Numbered from the whole stretch's first letter, positions 25,514 through 39,657 are shown. The stretch: DNA of 63,946 nucleotides, filler included, from Lama guanicoe (GCA_013239625.1; 163 parts of 163 records of this genome joined end to end with filler, not necessarily neighbours in it); one strand, 5' to 3'. Made by a program: numbers and translations. The notes: generated by a model from the sequence alone, not told the origin.

Positions 25514-25802
25514 TAGAATTTAGAATATAGAATGTAGAGCACACAATTTAGAATATAGAATAAGGAATGCAGATATAGAGTACAGAATATAGAATATAGC
25601 ACACCGAATATAGATTATGAAAAAAGTATACAGAACTAAGAATTTAGAACATGGAATTCAGATCACAGAGATTGGGATATAGAATACAAAATACTGAATA
25701 AATAATTTAGAAGATAGAATGCAGAACACAGAATTAGAATATAGAATACAGATTAATGAATATAATTTAGAATATAGAATGTAGAACACAGAATATAGAA
25801 TA
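25514..25802 (+). repeat. Degenerate 7-bp tandem repeat (AGAATAT-like)
   Basis: tagaata/cagaata units fill the whole contig. Confidence 0.9.
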
Positions 25803-27474
25803 NNNNNNNNNNNNNNNNNNNNNNNNNNNNNNNNNNNNNNNNNNNNTTAATTAATTAANNNNNNNNNNNNNNNNNNNNNNNNNNNNNNNNNNNNNNNNNN
25901 NNCCCAAAAGTAAGAAGGAATGATGACGATGATAAGCTAAATGAAGAGCAATAACGAGAGTAGAAGCTAACCACGGAAAGGAAAATGGAACTGAAACCAT
26001 TAAGCAGCGAATTGCCATGTACATATCACACACACCTCTTACTTAACTGAGTAACAAACTGAATTCAATTCCAGCTGCAGCCAGTCCCCCCAAGTACTTT
26101 GGGAAGTTAGTTTACAACAGTTCCTTGCTCCAAGTACTGCACTTGTAGATTTTCTTCCCATTTTGTTGAACAGGAGACAGCTGTTCCTAGGATTCNNNNN
26201 NNNNNNNNNNNNNNNNNNNNNNNNNNNNNNNNNNNNNNNTTAATTAATTAANNNNNNNNNNNNNNNNNNNNNNNNNNNNNNNNNNNNNNNNNNNNCAGGA
26301 CAGCTGTGTTTGTAACTCCAAGTCTCGTACTTACACTTCTCCCGTGCTGGGAGGCTTTTCTTGTCTGTTACCTACATGGCTTATCCTTTTGCTTCATTCA
26401 GGACTTTGTTCAAATTATTTTACCCTCAGAGAAGACTTATCTGACCACATTATTTAAAATAGCACGCACATGTTTCCTATTCAATCATTTTCTCTACTAA
26501 AATGTTTTATGTTTCTTTGCGGCAATTATTAGTACCTGACAGTACATCATATATTTATTTGCTTACTGGTTTATTGTCTATCTTTCTTNNNNNNNNNNNN
26601 NNNNNNNNNNNNNNNNNNNNNNNNNNNNNNNNTTAATTAATTAANNNNNNNNNNNNNNNNNNNNNNNNNNNNNNNNNNNNNNNNNNNNTGATAATAAACT
26701 TATTAGCATGGAGCATTTTGGCTGTAGTAATAGAAACCCTGCTCACACTAGCTTAAGAAGGAGAGCAGATGTCTTGGATCGCTCACCCAGCAGGTCCAGT
26801 CACAGCCGGAGCCAGGGTCCTGCATCTTCAGCTCTCAGATGAATCAAACTACAGGGTAGGCACAGTCATCACGAGCAGGTCAAAACTGGTGATTCTAGCT
26901 GGTGTAACTCTGTGGATTGTGGAACTGTCCAAGGAGCTGGGGGACCAGGTTTGGGGTAATGATCATGAATTTGGATTTTGANNNNNNNNNNNNNNNNNNN
27001 NNNNNNNNNNNNNNNNNNNNNNNNNTTAATTAATTAANNNNNNNNNNNNNNNNNNNNNNNNNNNNNNNNNNNNNNNNNNNNAGAAAAAATTAAGTTCCAG
27101 GTCCCTACATAAGGCAGAGTGCCATGGATAAAAGAGAGACAGGCAGGTAGACAGAAAGACAGACAGACTGTGTACAGTCTACGGAAGGTAGGCATTTAGA
27201 AATACCATGTGGGGAAGTGCATTTTCCTGGGTGTATGTATATCTTTGTATGAGTGACAAGTAACCCTAGAGAAAATGAAACAAGAGAAATTCTTGTTAAC
27301 TACAGTGTTGAACATTGATGCTTGGAAGGATATTGCCTGTCAGGTGTCTCTTGCCTTCCTCTGGCATCCGTGCTNNNNNNNNNNNNNNNNNNNNNNNNNN
27401 NNNNNNNNNNNNNNNNNNTTAATTAATTAANNNNNNNNNNNNNNNNNNNNNNNNNNNNNNNNNNNNNNNNNNNN

Positions 27475-27767
27475 TCTCCCCAAGCCACATCATCTCCCTG
27501 AGACTGTATAATCTCCCTAAGCCTGCATCATCTCCCCAAGCCCGCATCATCTCACCAAGCCCGCATCATCTCCACGAGCCCCCATCATCTCCATGAGCAC
27601 ACGTCATATCCCCGAGCCGCTGTCATGTCCTCAAGCCCACGTCAAGTCCCCGAGCCGACGTCATATCAGGGACCCCACATATCTCCACGAGCCCGGGACA
27701 TCTACCTGAGCCCGTGTTATCTCCCTGAGCCAACATCTCCCCAAGCCAACATCATCTCCCCAAGTCT
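27475..27767 (+). repeat. 19-bp minisatellite (ccccaagcccgcatcatct-like)
   Basis: About 15 diverged tandem units fill the contig. Confidence 0.9.
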
Positions 27768-29864
27768 NNNNNNNNNNNNNNNNNNNNNNNNNNNNNNNNN
27801 NNNNNNNNNNNTTAATTAATTAANNNNNNNNNNNNNNNNNNNNNNNNNNNNNNNNNNNNNNNNNNNNGCATATGGGATTGCTTTAAGATCATTAATTAAA
27901 TTACTTTGATCACAAGCTGAAAAATTTCAAAGGTTAAGACTGGCTGTGTTTTTGTTATGATTTTAGGGGAAAAATGGGTAGGAAAGAACCGTGAATAAAC
28001 TCACGAATTACTCTTCCTTTTTTCTTTAGACTCCAGAGGCCATAGATATTAGTTGAAGTCATATTTTGCTATTTGCACAGAAAGATTTATATCTGACAGT
28101 GTTAACTGATCTTGGTATAAAACGTTAGACTGGAATTCAAACGTGCTTGTATAGGGCAAANNNNNNNNNNNNNNNNNNNNNNNNNNNNNNNNNNNNNNNN
28201 NNNNTTAATTAATTAANNNNNNNNNNNNNNNNNNNNNNNNNNNNNNNNNNNNNNNNNNNNCTCAGAGCCAGGCTCACCGTGTGGACTTCGAACAAGAACA
28301 GACGTCATCTTTTTGGTGAAGCCCGTGCAGTCCCACCCAGAGGGACTACGTGAGTGCACTGCAGAGGGACGGAACCGAGGTCTGGAGACGGGGGGAGGGG
28401 TGTACCTCACAAACGCTGGGGAGCAGCGAAGGCTTCCTGGAAGAGGTGACGTTTGAGCTGGCTGTTGAAAGCAGAGGCTGGCTTTCTGGGAGTTCACTAC
28501 TTTCCTGAGTTACCAAAAGCCTCCTTGGCTCCTCCAAGGGCTGAAAACCAAGGNNNNNNNNNNNNNNNNNNNNNNNNNNNNNNNNNNNNNNNNNNNNTTA
28601 ATTAATTAANNNNNNNNNNNNNNNNNNNNNNNNNNNNNNNNNNNNNNNNNNNNTGCTCTGGCACTCGAATATCAGCAGGCTGTGTACTGGCAGCTCTGTC
28701 TACAAGGAGGGAGCTTGGCTGAAAATCCTGGAGGCAGAGCCAAGGCTCCTTCACTGGACTATGTGACTATGTAGGCATCGAAGGTATCCACCACAGATAG
28801 GAAAACCACAGGGGGCTAAAACAGAAAAGCAAACAGATGGAGGATATCATTTGGTGACTGACAGCACTTTGTAAGTACATGTGAAATATCAGCTGGAAAC
28901 TCTCAAACCAATTGGGAAGACTTTGCAAAGAGGTGGAAACACTGCANNNNNNNNNNNNNNNNNNNNNNNNNNNNNNNNNNNNNNNNNNNNTTAATTAATT
29001 AANNNNNNNNNNNNNNNNNNNNNNNNNNNNNNNNNNNNNNNNNNNNTTTTTTTTTTTGTCTTCTTTAGCTTTAAGGGGATGTCCTGGGACATTTTAGGAA
29101 GGACTGACTTTTCCTGGGTCTCCCCCATGTATACAGGAGCTATATACGTTAATAAATGTGTTTCTTTTTTTCTCTATTAATCTGAATTTTATTCACGGGG
29201 CATCTCAACCAAAATATTACCTAGACGGGCAGAGAAAACAATGTTTTGTTTCTTTCCTACAATATTTTCCTGTAATTTCGGGTACAATGTTTCCATCTTG
29301 CTTTTCAACAAACCAAGTCCAGAGATACGGTGTGGTTCCNNNNNNNNNNNNNNNNNNNNNNNNNNNNNNNNNNNNNNNNNNNNTTAATTAATTAANNNNN
29401 NNNNNNNNNNNNNNNNNNNNNNNNNNNNNNNNNNNNNNNAAGTTTTCTAAAGTAAATGCTCTAAGAAAAGAGAAGATTTTTCTAGTCAGAAAGAAACCTG
29501 TCTAAAGTTTAGTCAGGTGTATGTTGCCTTTTTATATATTGCTGAATTCAGTGTGCTAATATTTTGTGGAGGATTTTTGTATCTATATTCATTCGAGATA
29601 CTGGCTTGTACTTTTTATTTTTCGTAGTGTCTTTGGTTTTGGTATCAGTGTAATGGTGGCCTCGTAGAATGAATTTGGCAGTTTCTCCATTCTCTCTATG
29701 TTTTTGGAATAATTTGGGAAAGGGAAGTATTANNNNNNNNNNNNNNNNNNNNNNNNNNNNNNNNNNNNNNNNNNNNTTAATTAATTAANNNNNNNNNNNN
29801 NNNNNNNNNNNNNNNNNNNNNNNNNNNNNNNNGCCCCGCCCTCTGCCCTGACCCTGACCCTTAG

Positions 29865-30110
<246 letters not shown>

Positions 30111-30225
30111 TGAGGGGGCCTGCTGNNNNNNNNNNNNNNNNNNNNNNNNNNNNNNNNNNNNNNNNNNNNTTAATTAATTAANNNNNNNNNNNNNNNNNNN
30201 NNNNNNNNNNNNNNNNNNNNNNNNN

Positions 30226-30360
30226 CCAGGACACTGATCTCATTCCTCAAAGCTCTACCCTGAAGACCTAATGACCTCCCAAATGCCCCACCTCCAAGTA
30301 CCATCACATTGGGGATCAGATTTCAACATAGGAATTTTGGAGGGGACACAAACATTCTGA
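30226..30360 (-). mobile_element. MaLR (MLT1/MST-like) LTR fragment
   Basis: taatgacctcccaaatgccccacctccaagtaccatcacattgggg...aggggacacaaacattc. Confidence 0.8.
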
Positions 30361-31797
30361 TCATGAGGCCATCTTGTACAGTACAGCCCATGTGAAGGTG
30401 ACACTCATGTTTCCTCTAAGTCTTCCTTTCTCTAGGCAAACCCCTCTTAGTTCCTCAGTGGTTCTCCATGTGACCTGATTTCACATCTCCTCGCCAACCT
30501 CGTTGCTCTAATCTGAGTNNNNNNNNNNNNNNNNNNNNNNNNNNNNNNNNNNNNNNNNNNNNTTAATTAATTAANNNNNNNNNNNNNNNNNNNNNNNNNN
30601 NNNNNNNNNNNNNNNNNNTTTTCCTCCCACTTTTGACTTGGAATCATTGAGAACCAAAGCTGCCCTTTTCCGGAAGCCCTGACAACAAAAGCTGAGCAAT
30701 TTGGTATAAACTTAGAAGAGGGCAGAACCATGGCCTGTGCTTACAGCATCCTCCCGTTGCTCTGTAAGCCACTCGGAAAGTTTCCCTGAACACCTGATGA
30801 CATCATCTGAGCCACTTCAAACTGAAAAAGCAGCTTCAACCCTGACATCCAGAAATCTCAGCTGGCAGCTCCCAGAACCCAGACCCCGCGTTTGCAATTT
30901 GCTATAATCATNNNNNNNNNNNNNNNNNNNNNNNNNNNNNNNNNNNNNNNNNNNNTTAATTAATTAANNNNNNNNNNNNNNNNNNNNNNNNNNNNNNNNN
31001 NNNNNNNNNNNGCCCCCTCCTGACGAGGGGCACCGTGTCCACTCGAGCCAGAAACCTGGACAACATCCCTGCTCCTTCCTCCCCATTCCCCAGTACCTGT
31101 CAGTCACGACCAAGGCCTCTGCAGCCCGCCTCCTTCACATGCCTCTTCAGCATTAAAAAGAAATGTACTTTTTTTCCCCCTTCAATTCCCTGGCACTGCC
31201 TTAGTCCACCTGTCCTTGCTGTTCACCTGTTTTTGGCAGCCCACCTAGTCTCTCCCTGCTTCCTAGCTCATCTACACTAACCCACTCTCGACACTGCTAG
31301 CAAANNNNNNNNNNNNNNNNNNNNNNNNNNNNNNNNNNNNNNNNNNNNTTAATTAATTAANNNNNNNNNNNNNNNNNNNNNNNNNNNNNNNNNNNNNNNN
31401 NNNNAATGCCAGCAAAAAAAATATGATGACGCATAGCTAAGCCCCTAAATGCCAATTTAGAGGTTGAATTCTATTTTAGCTGACTATACCGGTTAAGGTT
31501 ACCCAAAAATCTTCTTTAATCCCTTGAAAGTGGTCCAGGCTACAATAGAGAGGAGGGGCAAAGTCACTGCTTTGAAGGGGGAGAATTTGTTAAACTGAGA
31601 AAATTCACTTTGAATAAGGGGGGAGCAGTGGGAGGGGCGAGGGGGGAGACTCAGGGAGTTGTGGAAAGGGGCATGGCTTCCCTGACAGCCTTGATTGNNN
31701 NNNNNNNNNNNNNNNNNNNNNNNNNNNNNNNNNNNNNNNNNTTAATTAATTAANNNNNNNNNNNNNNNNNNNNNNNNNNNNNNNNNNNNNNNNNNNN

Positions 31798-31998
31798 CTG
31801 TCACCCAGGAAATTACAAGAATTTCAGAAGCTCTGTGTCAGGATCCAGTTCAAAGACCAAATATTAGAACAAAAGTTGCTCTTAGTGCTCTTATCACTTA
31901 AGAAATTACAAAGGTTTCAGGAGTTTTGTGCCAGGGTCTAGGGGCAAAGATCAATACATATTTTCAAAGATCAATACATATTTTCTATTATCTCACAG
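31798..31998. mobile_element. MER21-like LTR end with internal duplication
   Basis: Two copies of gaaattacaa....ttcag.ag.t.tgtg.cagg, followed by atacatattttctattatctcaca. Confidence 0.65.
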
Positions 31999-33369
31999 AT
32001 CTGTTATAACTTGGTGTAAGAAATAATCAAAAGTGAAAGGGACACATCAAAAGAACACAGAAGCCAGCATGAAGGGCTCCCAGTGGCCAANNNNNNNNNN
32101 NNNNNNNNNNNNNNNNNNNNNNNNNNNNNNNNNNTTAATTAATTAANNNNNNNNNNNNNNNNNNNNNNNNNNNNNNNNNNNNNNNNNNNNACCCCTTTCC
32201 TTTCAAATTATCTCTCTCAATAGGAAGAGAATTTATATTGTGAGAATCATCCATGTAATTATCTATAGGACATTCATCCCCCTCTCTGTATCATCTTCCA
32301 CTGAATGAATATGACATATTTTATTTGTATACTGTTGATATACATGTGGGCTGTTTGCCATTTGGGACTAATAAAAAATTGTCCTGTTAAACATATATGA
32401 ACATCTCTGTTGGATTAAATTCCATGAGTAGAATTATTCATAGAAGTGTGTAGCCAAAGTGTTTATACTGTCTTCTGTAGAGGNNNNNNNNNNNNNNNNN
32501 NNNNNNNNNNNNNNNNNNNNNNNNNNNTTAATTAATTAANNNNNNNNNNNNNNNNNNNNNNNNNNNNNNNNNNNNNNNNNNNNATGGGGCTAGAAGGGAG
32601 AACAGAGGAACATTCCTCAGACAATGAGCATGGCCAAAAAGGAGACACAAATACCCAAAGGGAGTAAGTGAGGGAACCAAGAGAGAGAAATGGACACAGG
32701 GACAGAGACATGGACTAGAGAATGGAAAGAGAAACAGGCATAAACAGGTAGACGGACAGAATTGGAGACTGAGACAAACAGGCCAACAGGGACCGTGGCA
32801 GGTTTGACAGGATTGGAAAATGTGAAGAGAGACACAGATCTAAACAGAGGGAGAAAGAAATGGAGAGAGAGAGAGANNNNNNNNNNNNNNNNNNNNNNNN
32901 NNNNNNNNNNNNNNNNNNNNTTAATTAATTAANNNNNNNNNNNNNNNNNNNNNNNNNNNNNNNNNNNNNNNNNNNNAAAAAAAAAGATTTTTTTTTCTAA
33001 CTGGGGAAATGACAAATATATTATCTAGACTAATTAGAAAGATTTTTGAGTCAAAAATAACTGTCTGCTATGACAACATTGAAGGTTTTAGATTACAAGC
33101 TACAAACTATCTCTTCTGATGTATGAGCAAAATTTCTTAGGATCCCAAGTAAAACCTTTTTTCAACAGAGAGAGAAATGGACCCAGGTGTTGCTGTACAT
33201 CTGGTTTCTGGAAGAGCCAGGGTGAGGAGGAAGCTTTCCTAACTAATCTGAGAGTAGTCTTTCACACTTNNNNNNNNNNNNNNNNNNNNNNNNNNNNNNN
33301 NNNNNNNNNNNNNTTAATTAATTAANNNNNNNNNNNNNNNNNNNNNNNNNNNNNNNNNNNNNNNNNNNN

Positions 33370-33630
33370 TACATACTTGCTGGTTCCGATCACCTTCCAG
33401 TCCTGGAAGGGGGTTCTTTTGATATGCATCAAAGCATCTTTCCTTATTCAGTCCTTATATTCCCATATTCATTTCTGTGGGACCACATTCCATATAGACA
33501 TCACATATGGCCAGTTTTCCATGGCACTTCTGTTTGATTATATGGCTAGGTCAATGGCCACTACCCGTGAGTCAATAAAAATCCAAACATGGGGCAGACA
33601 TCCTGCAATTAATGCCACATGAATTGTTTT
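33370..33630 (-). mobile_element. Degenerate ERV-L-class pol (RNase H) fragment
   Basis: Minus strand reads PHVWIFIDSRVVAIDLAI*...DAYQKNPLPGLEGDRNQQ with stops and a frameshift. It resembles the TDSWAVANGLA...DAHQ..N RNase H motifs. Confidence 0.7.
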
Positions 33631-34155
33631 ATTTTACCTTCTTCAAACTATTGCCTTTCCAANNNNNNNNNNNNNNNNNNNNNNNNNNNNNNNNNNNNNN
33701 NNNNNNTTAATTAATTAANNNNNNNNNNNNNNNNNNNNNNNNNNNNNNNNNNNNNNNNNNNNGCAGGAATTAGAACCCTCCTGGTGAGCCAGGGCTGAAG
33801 GGGCTTTGAAGTTCTGTGTTGTTGATGACGGAGTCCTCATCAGGAGCATCCTAGGGAGCATAGCTCAGGACTCCAGCTGTGTCAGGCTGCTTAGCTTTTG
33901 GAACTTGGTTAAGAGGAGGACAGAATGGGTCTCTGATGAGTATCAGCACCCACTGAGCAGTGCTGTTGAGTGCTTCAGGGGAGCTTCTAGATGGCGGGGT
34001 GCAGCCGGACAGGGACTGCGTGCCAGCTCTGCTCCAGCCTTGCCTCTGGGGCATTNNNNNNNNNNNNNNNNNNNNNNNNNNNNNNNNNNNNNNNNNNNNT
34101 TAATTAATTAANNNNNNNNNNNNNNNNNNNNNNNNNNNNNNNNNNNNNNNNNNNN

Positions 34156-34448
34156 GAGTGCTCATGAAACATTCTCTAGGATAGACCACATACTCAGGCA
34201 CAAAAGAAGCTTCAAAAAATTTAAGAGGAATGAAATTATTTCAAGCATCTTCTCTGACCACAATGGCATGAAATTAGACATCAGCCACAGTAAAACAAAT
34301 TAGAAAAAAATGACAGCATGGAGACTAAACAACATGAGCCTCAAAAACCACTGGGTCAACAATGAAATCAAAGAAATTAAAAAATACCTTGAGACAAACG
34401 ACAATGAAAATACAACCACACAAAATCTATGGGATGCAGCAAAAGCAG
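34156..34448 (+). mobile_element. L1 ORF2 endonuclease C-terminal fragment
   Basis: Translates to HETFSRIDHIL...IFSDHNGMKL...WRLNN...QNLWDAAKA. Confidence 0.93.
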
Positions 34449-35335
34449 NNNNNNNNNNNNNNNNNNNNNNNNNNNNNNNNNNNNNNNNNNNNTTAATTAA
34501 TTAANNNNNNNNNNNNNNNNNNNNNNNNNNNNNNNNNNNNNNNNNNNNTTTTTTCTTTTTGTAAATTCAAAACTTTATGGTGAAATATGCCCAACACCTC
34601 TAGCCTAAAATTTACAAAGCATTGCTGAGATGTATCAGAGGAGATCTAAATAAATGTTTTGAGCTGCTCATTATTGTTGAGCCCCTCAAATTGAGACCTT
34701 TCTTCATCTTCTAAAGTGATAACTTGATGCTGTAATTTCCCTTTAAGTGCTGCTTTAGCTGCATTCCACAAATTGATATGCTTTGTTTTAATTTTCATTC
34801 CAGCCAAAATATCTTCTAATTCCCATGTGACTTCTTTGACTNNNNNNNNNNNNNNNNNNNNNNNNNNNNNNNNNNNNNNNNNNNNTTAATTAATTAANNN
34901 NNNNNNNNNNNNNNNNNNNNNNNNNNNNNNNNNNNNNNNNNGCAGTCAGAAAGTAAACAGACACGGAGAAGACCTGAGCAACACAATTAAGAATCCTGCG
35001 CTGTTAGAAATATGCCTAGAACTGTACACTCAGCGAGTGGAGAATGTGGCTTTTGGGGTCTCATGTGGAATAGGTATGTATTCTGCTAAAAAGGACCCTC
35101 AGTGATTCCCAAGGATGAAAGCGATGCACGTTAGGTTCTCTCCGTGCTGCGCAATGGAGTCAGAAGTTACTGACAAAATGGGAGCGCCCCCACCAACAAA
35201 AGCCCCTGTGGTTACAGATTAAATAACACATTTCNNNNNNNNNNNNNNNNNNNNNNNNNNNNNNNNNNNNNNNNNNNNTTAATTAATTAANNNNNNNNNN
35301 NNNNNNNNNNNNNNNNNNNNNNNNNNNNNNNNNNG

Positions 35336-35626
35336 CACACAGGTCTCATCCTGAGGCTGACCTTCTGTGGATCAAATACCATTGACCACTTCTTCTGTGA
35401 GATACCCCCGCTGCTGGCTTTGTCCTGCAGCCCTGTGAGAATCAATGAAGGGATGGTGTATGTTGCTGAGCTCACTCTGGCTGTGGGCGACTTCACCCTC
35501 ACCTGCGTCTCCTACGGTTTCATCATCGTCGCCATTCTTCGCATTCGCACAATGGAAGGCAAGAGAAAAGCCTTCTCAACATGCTCATCCCACCTCATAC
35601 TGGTGTCTCTTTTCTACTCCCCTGTC
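35336..35626 (+). CDS. Olfactory receptor fragment (ECL2-TM6), OR13G1-like, open across the contig
   Basis: HTGLILRLTFCGSNTIDHFFCEIPPLLALSCSPVRINEGMVYVAELTLAVGDFTLTCVSYGFIIVAILRIRTMEGKRKAFSTCSSHL contains the HFFCE, SY and KAFSTC.SH motifs. Confidence 0.93.
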
Positions 35627-36120
35627 ANNNNNNNNNNNNNNNNNNNNNNNNNNNNNNNNNNNNNNNNNNNNTTAATTAATTAANNNNNNNNNNNNNNNNN
35701 NNNNNNNNNNNNNNNNNNNNNNNNNNNGAGGTTCAACAGTTTGTTGCCCTGTATGTGATCTCTATGGAAACTAGGCATGTTCCTTGAACTTTTGCTATAT
35801 ACCACCCCCTGCCCACACCTCCCCTCCTCAGCAGGCTCACATTCTTGGAAGTATTAGCCCACATGACTCCTTTGTCCAACAAAGGAATAAAGCTGCCTCT
35901 TCTACTTCATCCAAAACTCTGTCCTCCATTGTCAATTCAGTATGCTTAATAAGGAGGCTGTGTTTTGGCATCTGGTTCATGTATCAGTTTTATGACTTTC
36001 CAGGCCATTACCTTATCTAGNNNNNNNNNNNNNNNNNNNNNNNNNNNNNNNNNNNNNNNNNNNNTTAATTAATTAANNNNNNNNNNNNNNNNNNNNNNNN
36101 NNNNNNNNNNNNNNNNNNNN

Positions 36121-36413
36121 CTGGAGGTACCATATCTACTGATTTCAAATTATATTATAAAGCTTTAGTAATCAAAACAATATGGTATTCCAGACAAAAA
36201 TATCACACACAAAAAGAGAAAATTGTAGGCCAGTATCACTTATGAATATAAATGCAAAAATCACAACAAAATATTAGCAAATCGACTCCAACAATGCATT
36301 GAAAAGATCATACAGCATGATTAAGTGGGATTTATCCCAGGGGTGTAAGGGTTTTTCAATATTCGCAAATCAATCAATGTGATACATCACATTAACAAAT
36401 TGAAGAATAAAAA
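36121..36413 (+). mobile_element. L1 ORF2 chimera: downstream segment followed at ~36190 by an upstream RT segment
   Basis: The YYKALVIKTIWY region is followed by the RPVSLMNINAK...VGFIPGV region. Confidence 0.8.
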
Positions 36414-37299
36414 NNNNNNNNNNNNNNNNNNNNNNNNNNNNNNNNNNNNNNNNNNNNTTAATTAATTAANNNNNNNNNNNNNNNNNNNNNNNNNNNNNNN
36501 NNNNNNNNNNNNNATAAGGTCACATCCACAGGTTACGTGGGGTTAGACCTGAACGTACCTTTCGGAGGACACAACTCAACTCACAGCAGCCTACAGTGAT
36601 ACATTTTTAAAAGAAAATATCCTGATAGTTCTCAAAATGATGTGGTAAGTGCTATGATACTTTCAAAATAAAGCACAAAATAAAAATATTAAGAGTATAT
36701 TGTAATAAAAGCTACAATTTGTGTTCTTACTTTATAAACTGCTATCACTGTAGAAGGCATCAATTCCAATGGGCACAGAGATTTGTCTTAGATTTTTCCT
36801 CACTCTNNNNNNNNNNNNNNNNNNNNNNNNNNNNNNNNNNNNNNNNNNNNTTAATTAATTAANNNNNNNNNNNNNNNNNNNNNNNNNNNNNNNNNNNNNN
36901 NNNNNNTACAAACTCCATTGGAGAGCCACTTATGCTAGGCACTGGGGTGGTGGTTGGAGGAATGAGACAAAGGAAATACAGCCCCTGACCTCTAGGAGAC
37001 AGTCACTCAAAATCACAACATGATGATTGTGTGGAATTTGTTTTAGAGGAGCTGGGCTTTGAAGGATGGCTAGGAGCTTGCAGGGGGAAGGCATTCTGGG
37101 TAGAGGGCACTGTAAGTGCGAAGTGGTGGAGGCGTGAAAGCAAGAAAGTTGGGTGTGTGGAGAGGAGTGGCAGGAGGCTGACCGGTGACTGCCCACCTTN
37201 NNNNNNNNNNNNNNNNNNNNNNNNNNNNNNNNNNNNNNNNNNNTTAATTAATTAANNNNNNNNNNNNNNNNNNNNNNNNNNNNNNNNNNNNNNNNNNNN

Positions 37300-37592
37300 C
37301 TCCCCCTCAGAAAGAAAAGTATACCATGCTAACACTAATCAGAAGAAAGCTGAAATAGCTATATTAGTTTTAGAGGAAACAGACTTCAGATCAGGGAAGA
37401 TTTTCAGGGACAAAGAGGACCACTACATAATGGTAAAGGTGTAAATTTTCAAAGAAGTAATAATCTTTATGTGTGCCTAATAATGGATTATCCAAATATG
37501 TGAGGCAGAAAGTTTTAGAACTACAAGGAGAAGTAAAATATGAAGACCAATGTATGTATGTACATGCATGACTGAGATATTGTGCTGTACAC
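37300..37592 (+). mobile_element. L1 endonuclease fragment interrupted at ~37535 by an L1 3' end
   Basis: ataccatgctaacactaatcagaagaaagctg... then tgtatgtacatgcatgactgagatattgtgctgtacac. Confidence 0.75.
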
Positions 37593-38871
37593 NNNNNNNN
37601 NNNNNNNNNNNNNNNNNNNNNNNNNNNNNNNNNNNNTTAATTAATTAANNNNNNNNNNNNNNNNNNNNNNNNNNNNNNNNNNNNNNNNNNNNTTCTGCCC
37701 AGTCCTTCGTATGCATTCCATTATTGTCCATCCACTGTTTATTCCTACTGATCACACATATTTAATCCTCTCAAAGTATTGGACTAAGGTTTAGAGCGCG
37801 CCAAGTGGTTTGCTTGGTCACATAGCTACTGAGTTGCAAAGCTGGACTGACATTCAGGTTCTTCTGACTCTTGAACAAGGCTTCCTAATTTGTGGGGGCT
37901 TTTACACCAAACTGCTTGTAAAAAAATCCCACCTGAAAAATAATTGCTTTATGGGGGCCACTGACTTCTTTTTTCCCCGCTTCTANNNNNNNNNNNNNNN
38001 NNNNNNNNNNNNNNNNNNNNNNNNNNNNNTTAATTAATTAANNNNNNNNNNNNNNNNNNNNNNNNNNNNNNNNNNNNNNNNNNNNGGCACAGGGGAGGTG
38101 CAAAAGAAAAGTTTTCTATACAGAAGTTTTCTGACATAGACTCTGTTTGAAATTTCTGATCATTAGTACAGGTCTAGCCCAACTGCCCCATGGGTCATTT
38201 CTGAAATATAAGATTCTAGCTGTAATTTAATTTCAATAGCTAATTTCAAGACTGTATGTTAGATTTTGCTTTAACAGGGAGGGAGGTGTCCCACTTAAGG
38301 AGTAAATCATAAAAGCCATTCAACTCTCCTCAAACATAGTGATGGAAACACGAAAGTGAACGTGGTTTACTACTTCTGNNNNNNNNNNNNNNNNNNNNNN
38401 NNNNNNNNNNNNNNNNNNNNNNTTAATTAATTAANNNNNNNNNNNNNNNNNNNNNNNNNNNNNNNNNNNNNNNNNNNNAAAATATGCATCTACTGAGTTA
38501 TTCCTTGAATAGTATAGTTTATCTATACATAGAGTGTAGAGAAATGAAGAAGCAAAATTATTCTTTCAGTTCAATTACTGTAATCCTACCTTTGGTTCTT
38601 TTTTTAATCCTAAAAACTAAGGTTAGGAGAAAGGCTTGAGATAACTCGGTCGGGACCCTAATCTGGGTAAACCTCAGTTTGGGACTAAAGCCATAAAGCA
38701 AGCAGTTGGTCTGTTATGTGGTATGGTGTGAGGCTGTCCTTGTCCCCCAAACACAGGCTCTAAATTAACAANNNNNNNNNNNNNNNNNNNNNNNNNNNNN
38801 NNNNNNNNNNNNNNNTTAATTAATTAANNNNNNNNNNNNNNNNNNNNNNNNNNNNNNNNNNNNNNNNNNNN

Positions 38872-39164
38872 ACATTCCACACTAACAAAGGAGTCAATGG
38901 ACCAGGAGGACAGGACAACCTTAAAGGTTTGTCAGGAGTGAACTTCCAAATACAGGAAGCAAAACAGAACTGAAGAGGCAAATCCACAATTGCAGCTGGA
39001 TGCTCAACATTTGTTTCACAATAACTGACAGAACAAGAGGTCACAAAATGAAGCTGACCACTTTGATCTAACGGGCATTTACAGAACACACTACCCAAAA
39101 CAGCATATAAACATTCTTCTCACGTACACTTAAAACATTCACCACGACAGACCATGTTTAGGCC
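38872..39164 (+). mobile_element. Old L1 endonuclease fragment
   Basis: gatctaacgggcatttacagaacactac...acattcttctcacgtacacttaaaacattcaccacgacagaccatg. Confidence 0.8.
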
Positions 39165-39657
39165 NNNNNNNNNNNNNNNNNNNNNNNNNNNNNNNNNNNN
39201 NNNNNNNNTTAATTAATTAANNNNNNNNNNNNNNNNNNNNNNNNNNNNNNNNNNNNNNNNNNNNCAGACTTCATTCACGCTTAGTGCCCCAAGTGAGCTT
39301 TGTAGGGGCATCTTTGTTTCTCAAATCAGGAAAACTAACAAGGACTAGCTCAGATCTCACATACAAAAACCTTTTTGTCATTTCAAAAATTGCAGTACCC
39401 AGTACAATGCCTTGCACGTAGTAGGTGCTCAGTAAACTTTAGTTGAATGAATAAATTTTGTGGGACCAAAAAAAAATCCTCTGAATGAAAAACATTATGA
39501 AAACACACCTAAACTACAAGGCTATATAAAAAGTTAAAAGCAAAAGATGAAAAAGGCNNNNNNNNNNNNNNNNNNNNNNNNNNNNNNNNNNNNNNNNNNN
39601 NTTAATTAATTAANNNNNNNNNNNNNNNNNNNNNNNNNNNNNNNNNNNNNNNNNNNN

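Noticed and set aside
28261..28352. Possible exon ending at c|gtgagt (similar candidates at 5314-5375, 17455-17559 and 18948-19030)
   Set aside because: Splice-like signals are present but no frame gives a protein I recognise; unsupported without a search.
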